In this document: positions 7,975 to 14,798 of the stretch, piece after piece | How the letters are laid out: every line of letters begins with the position of its first letter | Numbering within the stretch: the stretch's first letter is position 1 | From: Nanobdellota archaeon | GTDB taxonomy: Archaea > Nanobdellota > Nanobdellia > SCGC-AAA011-G17 > JACPNG01 | Assembly: GCA_038046345.1 (NCBI GenBank) | Contig: JBBSWJ010000008.1 | Span: forward strand, 1-16,536 | Reading direction: 5' to 3' | DNA length: 16,536 bases | Position numbers and translations under genes: made by a program | The notes under the pieces: generated by a model | Told to the model about the DNA's origin: nothing | Database searches by the model: none | What the model saw: the letters and a program-made list of their open reading frames with translations, nothing else

Positions 7975-8061
7975 TGGGTCTGCGAGGATTTGAACCCCGG
8001 TTTACTCCTTTCACCATTACCAATAGGGGGGAGTTGTTCTATCCAGCTATACTACAGACCC
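7975..8061 (-). tRNA. Intron-containing tRNA, most likely tRNA-Arg(CCT); 14-nt intron 8010-8023 at 37/38
   Basis: GGGTCTG TA GTAT AGCTGGATA GAAC A ACTCC CC CCT A[TTGGTAATGGTGAA]A GGAGT AAAC CGGGG TTCAAAT CCTCG CAGACCC A. A20 in the D-loop fits Arg. tRNA status is near certain; the isotype is less so because position 33 is C. Confidence 0.75.
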
Positions 8062-9855
8062 TTATGCTGTTCTCAGTTCAATCTTCTTTTTTTCAGTTAA
8101 AGCTTCAAGTAAAGCATAACCAAGTTTAGATTTTTTATTGATTCTAATTTCGCCTCGTTTACTAGAGGCAGCAGTGAACAAGAACTGGTCATTTACAAAA
8201 ATATCAAGTTGTGCGTTTGGTCTGACAAAAATAGTTATGTTAGCGCCGCGTTCTTGAATATCAAAAGTCGTGTTATATCCATCTGATTCTTTTTTTAGTT
8301 CTTGAACATCAATACGTATTCCAAGTTCTTTCTCAATCTTATCAACTGTAACACCTTGCTTGCCAATAACACGCGGGATATCACGTTCAGGGACATAAAC
8401 AACAGCCTTATTATCGTCAATAATTTCAACTCTAACTTTATCAACGTATCTTGACATTACAGTTTCAATTTGTTGGGTAGCAAGATTTATTGTAGACGAA
8501 ACCTTTTTTGTTTGAGAAACAGGGATGACTACAGTTTGTTCCCCGTAGCTGTAGATTTCAAACTCACATTTGCCAGAGAAAAAATCAGATACTTCAACAA
8601 CTGGTCTTCCTAGATCTGATTCTGTCATTCCTGACGGAACTTTAACAGTCATTCTAACAGTTAAAACTTTGCTAATGTCTCCTTTATCAATAAAGATGAT
8701 AGTGTCAAGAACGCTTGGGATTAATCCAACATCAAGTCTTTCAATAAATCTGTTTACTGCATCAATTGGTGTAGCTGCGTGTAAAACCCCTAAACAGTTG
8801 CTGCCTGACAAACGCAGGTCTGTAAATAATTTAAAATCAGGGGTGTCACGAACTTCATCAAATATTATGTAATCTGGCCTTGATAGCAGCAGAATATCAT
8901 GTATCTCTTCAGATGATGTGAAGCTTTTGCTGTATTGAGTGATGTTATCTGGTAAAACTAAATCTCTTGGTGACTCAACTGTCTTAACAATTCTTCCGCT
9001 TTTTGAATAAACAACTGCAAGTGCGCTGGAGAATGTGGACTTTCCAGATCCGGTTTCACCAGCTACTATTATGCCTCGTGCTTGTTTTTTTATTCTTGCC
9101 ATTAGCTCTTCTTGTAGGTTATACTCTTCAAGAGACAATTGTTTTAATGGTTTTACTGCAGTGATCTCCCATCCATCAGCTACAGGTGGTTTTACGATAA
9201 CAATTCTGTAATTTTGGTATTGAACTACTGTGCTGCTTTCACGTGATATTTCGATAAATGCTTCAGGATCAATTCTGGATAATTCAATAACTTGTTTTGC
9301 TATGTCCTCAACTTCTGTTGAAGATAAAGGTTTTTTATCAACTTCTACAAGCTGCCATTCACCAGGCTTACCTTTTTTTGCTAATGGTGGGACATTAGCT
9401 TTTAAGTGAAGTGACATTGTTGTGTTGTCAAAATAAGATGCAAGCTTGAACTCTTTAGAAGGTTTCAATGTTATGAACTCAACTTGGATGCCTGATGCTT
9501 TAGCGGCATTAGCCTGAATTTTGTCAGCAGTTATTAGTATGGCTGAATTATCATATGCAAGATCATGTATCAAAGCGTCAATTTCTCCGCCTTGCTTAGC
9601 GTTGTGTATCTGGTATAGATTAGGTCTTGTTCCTATTATTGCAAGGTCTATTTTTCCTGCTTCTTTTAAGTTTTGTAAATCTTGAAGTTCTTCAAGTCCT
9701 ATAATTCCTGTTTGTTTGCCTGAATTAGCTTGATGTTCTAATTCTGCAATAACTGCTTTTGGGATAAGTATTTCTCCAGATATTTTTTTATCTTTAAGCA
9801 GTTTGGTAATTGCGCGTTCTATCACTACCGATGTGTCTATTATAAATTTGTCCAT
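8062..9855 (-). CDS. pina: PIN-domain/ATPase/KH protein (PINA, MJ1533 family)
   Basis: N-terminal PIN (IDTSVVI, V.AELEHQAN, GEIDA, LITAD); Walker A GETGSGKS; TVESPRDL; DYIIFDEVR; GVLHA; KH IGKQGVTVDKIEKELGIRIDV. Start taken at ATG 9855 (GGGGT SD-like) rather than GTG 9876. Confidence 0.9.
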   Translation of the reverse strand: MDKFIIDTSVVIERAITKLLKDKKISGEILIPKAVIAELEHQANSGKQTGIIGLEELQDLQNLKEAGKIDLAIIGTRPNLYQIHNAKQGGEIDALIHDLAYDNSAILITADKIQANAAKASGIQVEFITLKPSKEFKLASYFDNTTMSLHLKANVPPLAKKGKPGEWQLVEVDKKPLSSTEVEDIAKQVIELSRIDPEAFIEISRESSTVVQYQNYRIVIVKPPVADGWEITAVKPLKQLSLEEYNLQEELMARIKKQARGIIVAGETGSGKSTFSSALAVVYSKSGRIVKTVESPRDLVLPDNITQYSKSFTSSEEIHDILLLSRPDYIIFDEVRDTPDFKLFTDLRLSGSNCLGVLHAATPIDAVNRFIERLDVGLIPSVLDTIIFIDKGDISKVLTVRMTVKVPSGMTESDLGRPVVEVSDFFSGKCEFEIYSYGEQTVVIPVSQTKKVSSTINLATQQIETVMSRYVDKVRVEIIDDNKAVVYVPERDIPRVIGKQGVTVDKIEKELGIRIDVQELKKESDGYNTTFDIQERGANITIFVRPNAQLDIFVNDQFLFTAASSKRGEIRINKKSKLGYALLEALTEKKKIELRTA

Positions 9856-9879
9856 GAGATAACCCCGATAAGACACTTT

Positions 9880-10599
9880 TTATAGCTTTCGTACAAAGGC
9901 TAAAAATGCAGTATGAAGAATTCCTGGTGATTTTGGGCGCATCTTTTTGTCTTCTATCAGCCATTCCCTTTCAATTGTTTCAATAATTTTGTCTATGATT
10001 AATGAGTCTGAAGATCTTATAAAAGAATCAACTTGGTTGATGTTAGGTAAATAAGCAACAATATAGCCGCCATTTTTAACTGATAAAGAAATATTTTTTA
10101 ATGCTCTATCAGCGTTAGGAATATCTATTATTATTAGATCAACATCTGTTTCATTAAAATGCTCAAATATATCTGAGTGTTTTATGCTTACATTTTTTAT
10201 GTTGAACATTTTTAGATTTTTTTCTGCTATGATGATATTCTCTTTGTTTTTTTCATAAGTTATAATTTCTGCTTTTGGAAATAAGTGTGCAAGAAAACAA
10301 GTAAGCTTGCCTGATCCTGTGCCTATCTCAACAATTTTAGATTCATTGTTTGGGGCAGTATAAGCAATGATGGAAGCGATATCCTTTTCTATTATTGCTT
10401 GCGGGCCTCTGGAAATTTTTTGTAATTTGTCATAAAATGAAGCATTTAAAACTAAAAATTCTTTTCCAGTGTGGCTTAAAACTTTATTTTCAGCGTTTTT
10501 AAGGTCATCTTCTTTTATAACCCCGAATTGAGTGTGTAAATCTTTGCTTTCCCAAAAGAATTTTTTGCCATTTCTTAATAATATTTTGTTTGGTATCAT
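9880..10599 (-). CDS. trmI: tRNA (adenine-57/58-N1)-methyltransferase
   Basis: RGPQAIIEKD, EIGTGSGKL (SAM motif I), DLIIIDIP, AYLP...QV and HTAFLAFVRK. Confidence 0.9.
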   Translation of the reverse strand: MIPNKILLRNGKKFFWESKDLHTQFGVIKEDDLKNAENKVLSHTGKEFLVLNASFYDKLQKISRGPQAIIEKDIASIIAYTAPNNESKIVEIGTGSGKLTCFLAHLFPKAEIITYEKNKENIIIAEKNLKMFNIKNVSIKHSDIFEHFNETDVDLIIIDIPNADRALKNISLSVKNGGYIVAYLPNINQVDSFIRSSDSLIIDKIIETIEREWLIEDKKMRPKSPGILHTAFLAFVRKL

Positions 10600-10699
10600 T
10601 ATTATGCTTTGTTAGTATCATTTTAAATCAGTTTTGGTAAGTAATTTTGAGCTTAGAGTTGAGTTTTAACACAAGCTTCATATTTCATGAATTATATTA

Positions 10700-11149
10700 T
10701 TAGCATTTTGTCGCTTTTTCATTGTATCTTTGATGATATCCTTCTGCATCATAAAAAGTGTCTGCTTTAACAATCTCTGTTATGATTTCTTTTCTTATTT
10801 TTTTCTGTTGTTTTTCTTTTGATTTTTCTGCTGTTTCTTTTTGTTCTTTTGAATGATAGAATATTGCTGATCTATATTGTGTCCCAAAATCAAATCCTTG
10901 TCTGTTTAAGGTTGTTGGATTATGACATCTCCAAAATACTTCTAATAATTCTTCATAACTTATTTTTTCTAGATCGAACTCTATTTGTACTGCTTCTGCA
11001 TGTCCTGTTTTTCCGGTGCATACTTGTTTGTATGTTGGATTTTTAGTTTCTCCACCAGTATATCCTACTTTTGTTGATATAACTCCTTTTACTTTAGAAA
11101 AAGTACTTTCTACACCCCAAAAACATCCAGCCGCAAATGTTGCTTTCAT
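10700..11149 (-). CDS. msrA: Peptide-methionine (S)-S-oxide reductase MsrA
   Basis: FAAGCFWG active site, [28 protein letters not shown] and FYDAEGYHQ. Confidence 0.97.
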   Translation of the reverse strand: MKATFAAGCFWGVESTFSKVKGVISTKVGYTGGETKNPTYKQVCTGKTGHAEAVQIEFDLEKISYEELLEVFWRCHNPTTLNRQGFDFGTQYRSAIFYHSKEQKETAEKSKEKQQKKIRKEIITEIVKADTFYDAEGYHQRYNEKATKC

Positions 11150-11276
11150 AATAATACTAAAATTTAATCTTATATATTTATTGTGCTTTTAGATAATCAT
11201 TTATTGCTTTCAAAGAATTAAATGGTTTTTAACTAGAGTCATTTATTATAGAATCTCACACATTCAAGTAATAAAA

Positions 11277-11360
11277 TGCGGGGAACAGGGTTTGAACCTG
11301 CGTAGGCACTAAGCCAGCGGATTTTGAGTCCGCCCCGTTTGGCCGCTCCGGCATCCCCGC
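11277..11360 (-). tRNA. tRNA-Leu(CAA)
   Basis: 84-nt class II cloverleaf: GCGGGGA...GCGGA CT CAA AA TCCGC, long variable arm, GCAGG TTCAAAC CCTGT, TCCCCGC A; no intron, no encoded CCA. Confidence 0.96.
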
Positions 11361-11381
11361 ATAGTCAAAGGATGTTTAAAT

Positions 11382-11412
11382 TGTTTAAGAAATTTGTGGT
11401 AAAGTTTAAAAG
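11382..11412. promoter_or_regulatory. Back-to-back promoters of tRNA-Leu (minus) and SRP RNA (plus)
   Basis: CTTAAACA (minus, 11389-11382) and AAAG-TTTAAAAG (plus, 11405-11412), each about 20-21 nt from the respective RNA 5' end. Confidence 0.55.
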
Positions 11413-11431
11413 GTTCATTTATCGTGTAAGG

Positions 11432-11703
11432 AATGGACTAGGTTGGGAATTTGGCCTTATTCCTGTCACCGCAAACAGGCCTCATGGCGGGACTGAAGCT
11501 TGGGAGGCGAGGTTAGTATTGATCATCAGTCCTTTGCTGGACGTAGAAGTCTTGTCCTCTTCGGCTGTGATGTCTGTGAACCGAGTCAGGGCAGGAATGC
11601 AGCAGCTCTTAGCAGACATGATAGCGCTTAGGGGGGCGCAGGATGGAGAAAGGCAATGGGTAGCTGATGGTTAAGCTATCTTCCACTTTCAGGCGTGTCC
11701 ATT
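11432..11703 (+). ncRNA. ffs: Archaeal SRP (7S) RNA
   Basis: Helix 8 with SRP54-binding motif TCAGG-GCA-GGAA-TGC-AGCAG (11586-11605); helix 1 AATGGAC/GTCCATT; Alu helix GGAAT/ATTCC with loop-loop complement GGCCT/AGGCC; long helix-5 pairings; T-run at the 3' end. Confidence 0.92.
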
Positions 11704-12419
11704 TTTTCTAAGTCCCATTCAATAAGTCTGACAAATTCTTCAAGAGCTTTACAAAAATGTTTACGATAATCTAAACTTTGGTCACCATTAGCAAACTTCA
11801 TTGCATGATAATCCTTGTTGTCTTCGGTTTTTTCTAGTTGAGCTGCTCTATGTACAGCATAACCATGTATTACATGTCTTTGAAGTATAAAACTATCAAG
11901 TTTACAAATTTGTTGATGCAAATCACTCTGAAATGCTGGTACGCTTAGGTGATCAAGTTGGTCTGATAGTTGATCATCTTCATGATGTGATTCAATTTCA
12001 TCTTCAAGGGCCTTATAGGCTAGGTATATCAACTCATCAATATCTGGGTCTTCGTGTTTAGCTCTGTTTGTATAGGTATCATTCATATCCCAGTAGACTA
12101 GTTTTGCAATCAGTTCAACAAGTTCGTAAGCATCTTCAAATTGGTCTTCTAATCCTTCATGGGGAATATCTGCTCCTGCGATTACCCTTCTTTTGATCAC
12201 TGGTTTTATTCTTTCTAAAACTGGTTTGTATCCAGCTTCATGAACACCAAGGCTATCAAAATAAGCTCTTAGCTTTTGCGAGATGTGCTCTTTTTTCTCG
12301 CATTTAGTTATATTACTGAAGATAGCATAGCATATCCCATCTATTTGGCTGCCAGAATGAGTCCAAGTATCATGAGTCAATCGTGGTCCAATTTCTTGTT
12401 GTATATGTTCGGTAAGCAT
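11676..12419 (-). CDS. Hypothetical protein (247 aa, acidic, His-rich, predicted helical)
   Basis: Long ATG-started ORF with no recognised motif. Confidence 0.7.
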   Translation of the reverse strand: MLTEHIQQEIGPRLTHDTWTHSGSQIDGICYAIFSNITKCEKKEHISQKLRAYFDSLGVHEAGYKPVLERIKPVIKRRVIAGADIPHEGLEDQFEDAYELVELIAKLVYWDMNDTYTNRAKHEDPDIDELIYLAYKALEDEIESHHEDDQLSDQLDHLSVPAFQSDLHQQICKLDSFILQRHVIHGYAVHRAAQLEKTEDNKDYHAMKFANGDQSLDYRKHFCKALEEFVRLIEWDLEKMDTPESGR

Positions 12420-12472
12420 TTTTCTTAGTTACTATTTAAATGGTAGTAACTAGCTGTTATTAAACATTCCTG

Positions 12473-12991
12473 TTACAAATCAGCGTTCAATGCTTCTGTA
12501 TTTATGTTTGCTATTATAGTCCCAAGATTTTGTACTATTAAAGTATACATTTTGTCTAAAAGGACTTCGTAAAGCCCTTCTTTTAAATCCCCAGAACAAT
12601 AGCTTATCAGGTTTTGCATTTCAGTAATTGGCTCTTTTTTTAGTAAATTTTTAGGTACATTACAAATCATTGATCGTCCTTCAAGTTTTTCTACTGTCTC
12701 TTGGGATATTCCATTAGCTACGGATAGCATGGTGCTCCTTATAACACACCTGTCACCTGATGGTCCGAATATAACAAACTTGTATAAGTTATTATTAATG
12801 GCTGTTTTTACTGCTGCTGCTTTGCAGGAATAAGCTTTGCTGTTAAAGCAGTTTATATCATCACCGCAGTTTTTCTTTATTAAACCAGATAAGAATATTA
12901 AATAGAGTAATGACAATAAAATCACAGTTATCAAGACATAGTTTCTTATTGTTAGAAATGATGTTCTTTTTATTATGTTCCTCTTTTTCAT
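12473..12991 (-). CDS. Membrane-anchored hypothetical protein with a six-Cys ectodomain
   Basis: Basic N-terminus plus hydrophobic helix YVLITVILLSLLYLIFL, then CGDDINCF..A..C..C..C..C. Confidence 0.72.
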   Translation of the reverse strand: MKKRNIIKRTSFLTIRNYVLITVILLSLLYLIFLSGLIKKNCGDDINCFNSKAYSCKAAAVKTAINNNLYKFVIFGPSGDRCVIRSTMLSVANGISQETVEKLEGRSMICNVPKNLLKKEPITEMQNLISYCSGDLKEGLYEVLLDKMYTLIVQNLGTIIANINTEALNADL

Positions 12992-13049
12992 CTTGAGTGG
13001 TGATTAGTTTCTAGTATTTATTAATGTTTTTGAAAATAAAAAAAGCGCT

Positions 13050-14255
13050 TTATAACTCAGCGCTGATTAATGTTTCAACTCGTTTCTTTCCATGTATTTC
13101 CGAGCTCATTCCAACAAGGTATTTTACATCTGTTTTTTCTGCAATATAGCTAATGTCATCAGTTATAATTCCGTCAAATACAACTGCAAAAACATTTTTT
13201 AAATTTTTTAATGTTGATGCTAGTTCTAAAGTTGGTACTTTACCCAAAATATCAAGTTTTTCGTCAAGTATGTATGCTCCGCGTGTTCCAACAAGGTCAT
13301 CAAGCATTTGTTTAAAGGTTTCTTTTTGATGGTTTGTTAATGGCTGTTTTATTGGTGCGGAATACCTTCTTTGAAATGGTCTTTCCTGCCGCATTTGGTG
13401 TCTTGGTATTTGTGTTCTATATGGTTGGTATTCTTTTCTGTGGTTTAGCTGTTCGGGCTGGGATCTCAGAGATTTGTGAATCTCTTTTTTTGTTAGTTCT
13501 TCAACTTCCTTTCCATCAGGTGCTTTGATTATGCTATTTACATGGATTATTCCTGTTACTTCTTTGATTATCAAATCACCGCCACGATCCCCGTCTACAA
13601 ATAGTATTACTTGTTTGTTTTTACATAATGGGATTATGCTGCGTGGTAGGTTTGTGCCATTCATTGATATGGCATTCTTAAAACCATTTTTAAGTAAAGT
13701 AATAACATCTGCTCTTCCTTCTACTAGAATAACCTCATTACTTGATTCAATGTCTGGGCCGGCTGGTAATCTTTCCGGTCCATACTCTATGATCCCCATT
13801 ACTTTAACATCGTTTGAAACTTCTTCTGTTATTTCCTGAGAATCTGGTAAGACATTTTCTGTGAGGTCGTGTAATAACTGTTTTGCGCGGTCAACTACAA
13901 ATCCTCTTTTAGAAATTCTTACGTCTTCTATTTGTTTTATTTTTACTGATGCATTGCATGGACCTATTCTTTGAATAGTTTCTAGGCTTGCTGCAATTAT
14001 TGCTGTTTCTGCTTTGTCAAGACTTGAAGGCACTATTATCTCTCCTTCAGTTTTGCTGTTTTTTGTTTCAGTATTTACTTCTATTCTGCCTACTCTTCCT
14101 GATCTTTGTAGTTCCCTTAATTCAAGGTCTGATCCAAGAAGGCCCTCTGTTTGCCCAAATATTGCCCCTATAACGTCTGGCCGGTCCACTACACCCTCGA
14201 TTGTGATGAATGCATGAACAATATATTTCGCACTGACTAAACTGATTTTTCCCAT
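13050..14255 (-). CDS. dnaG: Archaeal DnaG-type primase (exosome-associated)
   Basis: GVVDRPDVIGAIFGQTEGLLG, LDKAETAIIAASLETI.RIGPC, TOPRIM VEGRADV and DGDRGG, RAP/KAPDGKEVEEL; GAGGAG SD upstream. Confidence 0.96.
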   Translation of the reverse strand: MGKISLVSAKYIVHAFITIEGVVDRPDVIGAIFGQTEGLLGSDLELRELQRSGRVGRIEVNTETKNSKTEGEIIVPSSLDKAETAIIAASLETIQRIGPCNASVKIKQIEDVRISKRGFVVDRAKQLLHDLTENVLPDSQEITEEVSNDVKVMGIIEYGPERLPAGPDIESSNEVILVEGRADVITLLKNGFKNAISMNGTNLPRSIIPLCKNKQVILFVDGDRGGDLIIKEVTGIIHVNSIIKAPDGKEVEELTKKEIHKSLRSQPEQLNHRKEYQPYRTQIPRHQMRQERPFQRRYSAPIKQPLTNHQKETFKQMLDDLVGTRGAYILDEKLDILGKVPTLELASTLKNLKNVFAVVFDGIITDDISYIAEKTDVKYLVGMSSEIHGKKRVETLISAEL

Positions 14256-14408
14256 GTGATAACTCTCCTCGGTGTTTATTCATTTGTAATTCCCTATAGA
14301 ACAAGATAAACTTTCATGATCTCCCCATTTAAGTATTACTTATTGCCGATCTTTGACTGGTAATAGTGAATATGATATTTTTTCTCTTGTTCTATGAATT
14401 GTAATATT

Positions 14409-14480
14409 GCCCTACAGCAACTCCCAAGCTCATAGTTTGGCTATTGCCGTTACTTCCTTGGGTAATTCTCCCTGTTGGGC
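14409..14480 (-). ncRNA. Candidate structured RNA (dnaG leader or standalone ncRNA)
   Basis: 72-nt nested helices GCCC.ACAG/CTGT.GGGC, AATT/AGTT, CCCAAG/CTTGGG, AGT/ACT and GGC-AATA-GCC; the first G lies 20 nt after a BRE-TATA. Confidence 0.4.
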
Positions 14481-14500
14481 TAAATCTTAATAGTGCTCAT

Positions 14501-14516
14501 AGTATAAAAAGCTTTT
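14501..14516 (-). promoter_or_regulatory. BRE-TATA pointing toward dnaG
   Basis: AAAAGCTTTTTATACT on the minus strand; predicted TSS at G14480. Confidence 0.5.
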
Positions 14517-14751
14517 GCCTTTGTCTTTTTAGAGTGGTTAATGACTGGGCTGATTTTATATCAATAAGTATAAGCAATAAACAGTGTTGTTGCAACTCAC
14601 TAAAAATAGGCGCAGAGCCTTGGTTTTCTACTTGAATTCTATCGGCGTTTTTCCTGATCAAGAGACTATTTCACAATTTAGGTGTGGGCTTTGCCGTTTT
14701 ACCCGTGGATTGATGAGCTACATTTTTGAGTTTCGCATCAATCCTAACTCC

Positions 14752-14768
14752 GTCGATAGCCTTAAGTA
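14752..14768 (+). promoter_or_regulatory. BRE-TATA of the AbrB-like/AAA operon
   Basis: GTCGATAGC-CTTAAGTA; predicted TSS about 14789, just at the AGGTGGT SD preceding ATG 14799. Confidence 0.45.
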
Positions 14769-14798
14769 TTACTATAAAGTAGCTATTAGGTGGTAAAT

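Noticed and set aside
8016-8023. Alternative reading of the second tRNA as Thr(GGT) (loop TTGGTAA) or Trp(CCA)
   Set aside because: The Thr stem would be weak and leave unexplained extra bases on both sides; the Trp register gives a poor BHB and still has C33. A20 favours Arg.
3814-11360. tRNA genes as integration sites for mobile elements
   Set aside because: I saw no duplicated tRNA 3' ends (att sites), integrase or transposase in the window.
11324-11674. 116-aa plus-strand ORF
   Set aside because: Overlaps tRNA-Leu and the SRP RNA; its openness reflects GC-rich structural RNA.
14409-14480. tRNA-like reading of the 72-nt element (GCCCAAC/GTAGGGC-A acceptor)
   Set aside because: No T-loop, D-loop GG or anticodon arm geometry; kept as an unknown structured RNA instead.
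14444-14796. Plus-strand ORFs 14444-14635 and 14584-14796 (the second ends 2 nt before the AbrB-like ATG)
   Set aside because: Non-ATG starts, no SD, no recognisable motif, and they overlap predicted promoters and hairpins. The 70-aa one cannot be fully excluded.
14256-14798. RNase P RNA, 5S rRNA, hammerhead or C/D sRNA in the long intergenic region
   Set aside because: Conserved motifs (GAGGAA.UC, ACAGAA..GCUUA, CUGAUGA/GAAA, paired C and D boxes) not found by eye on either strand.
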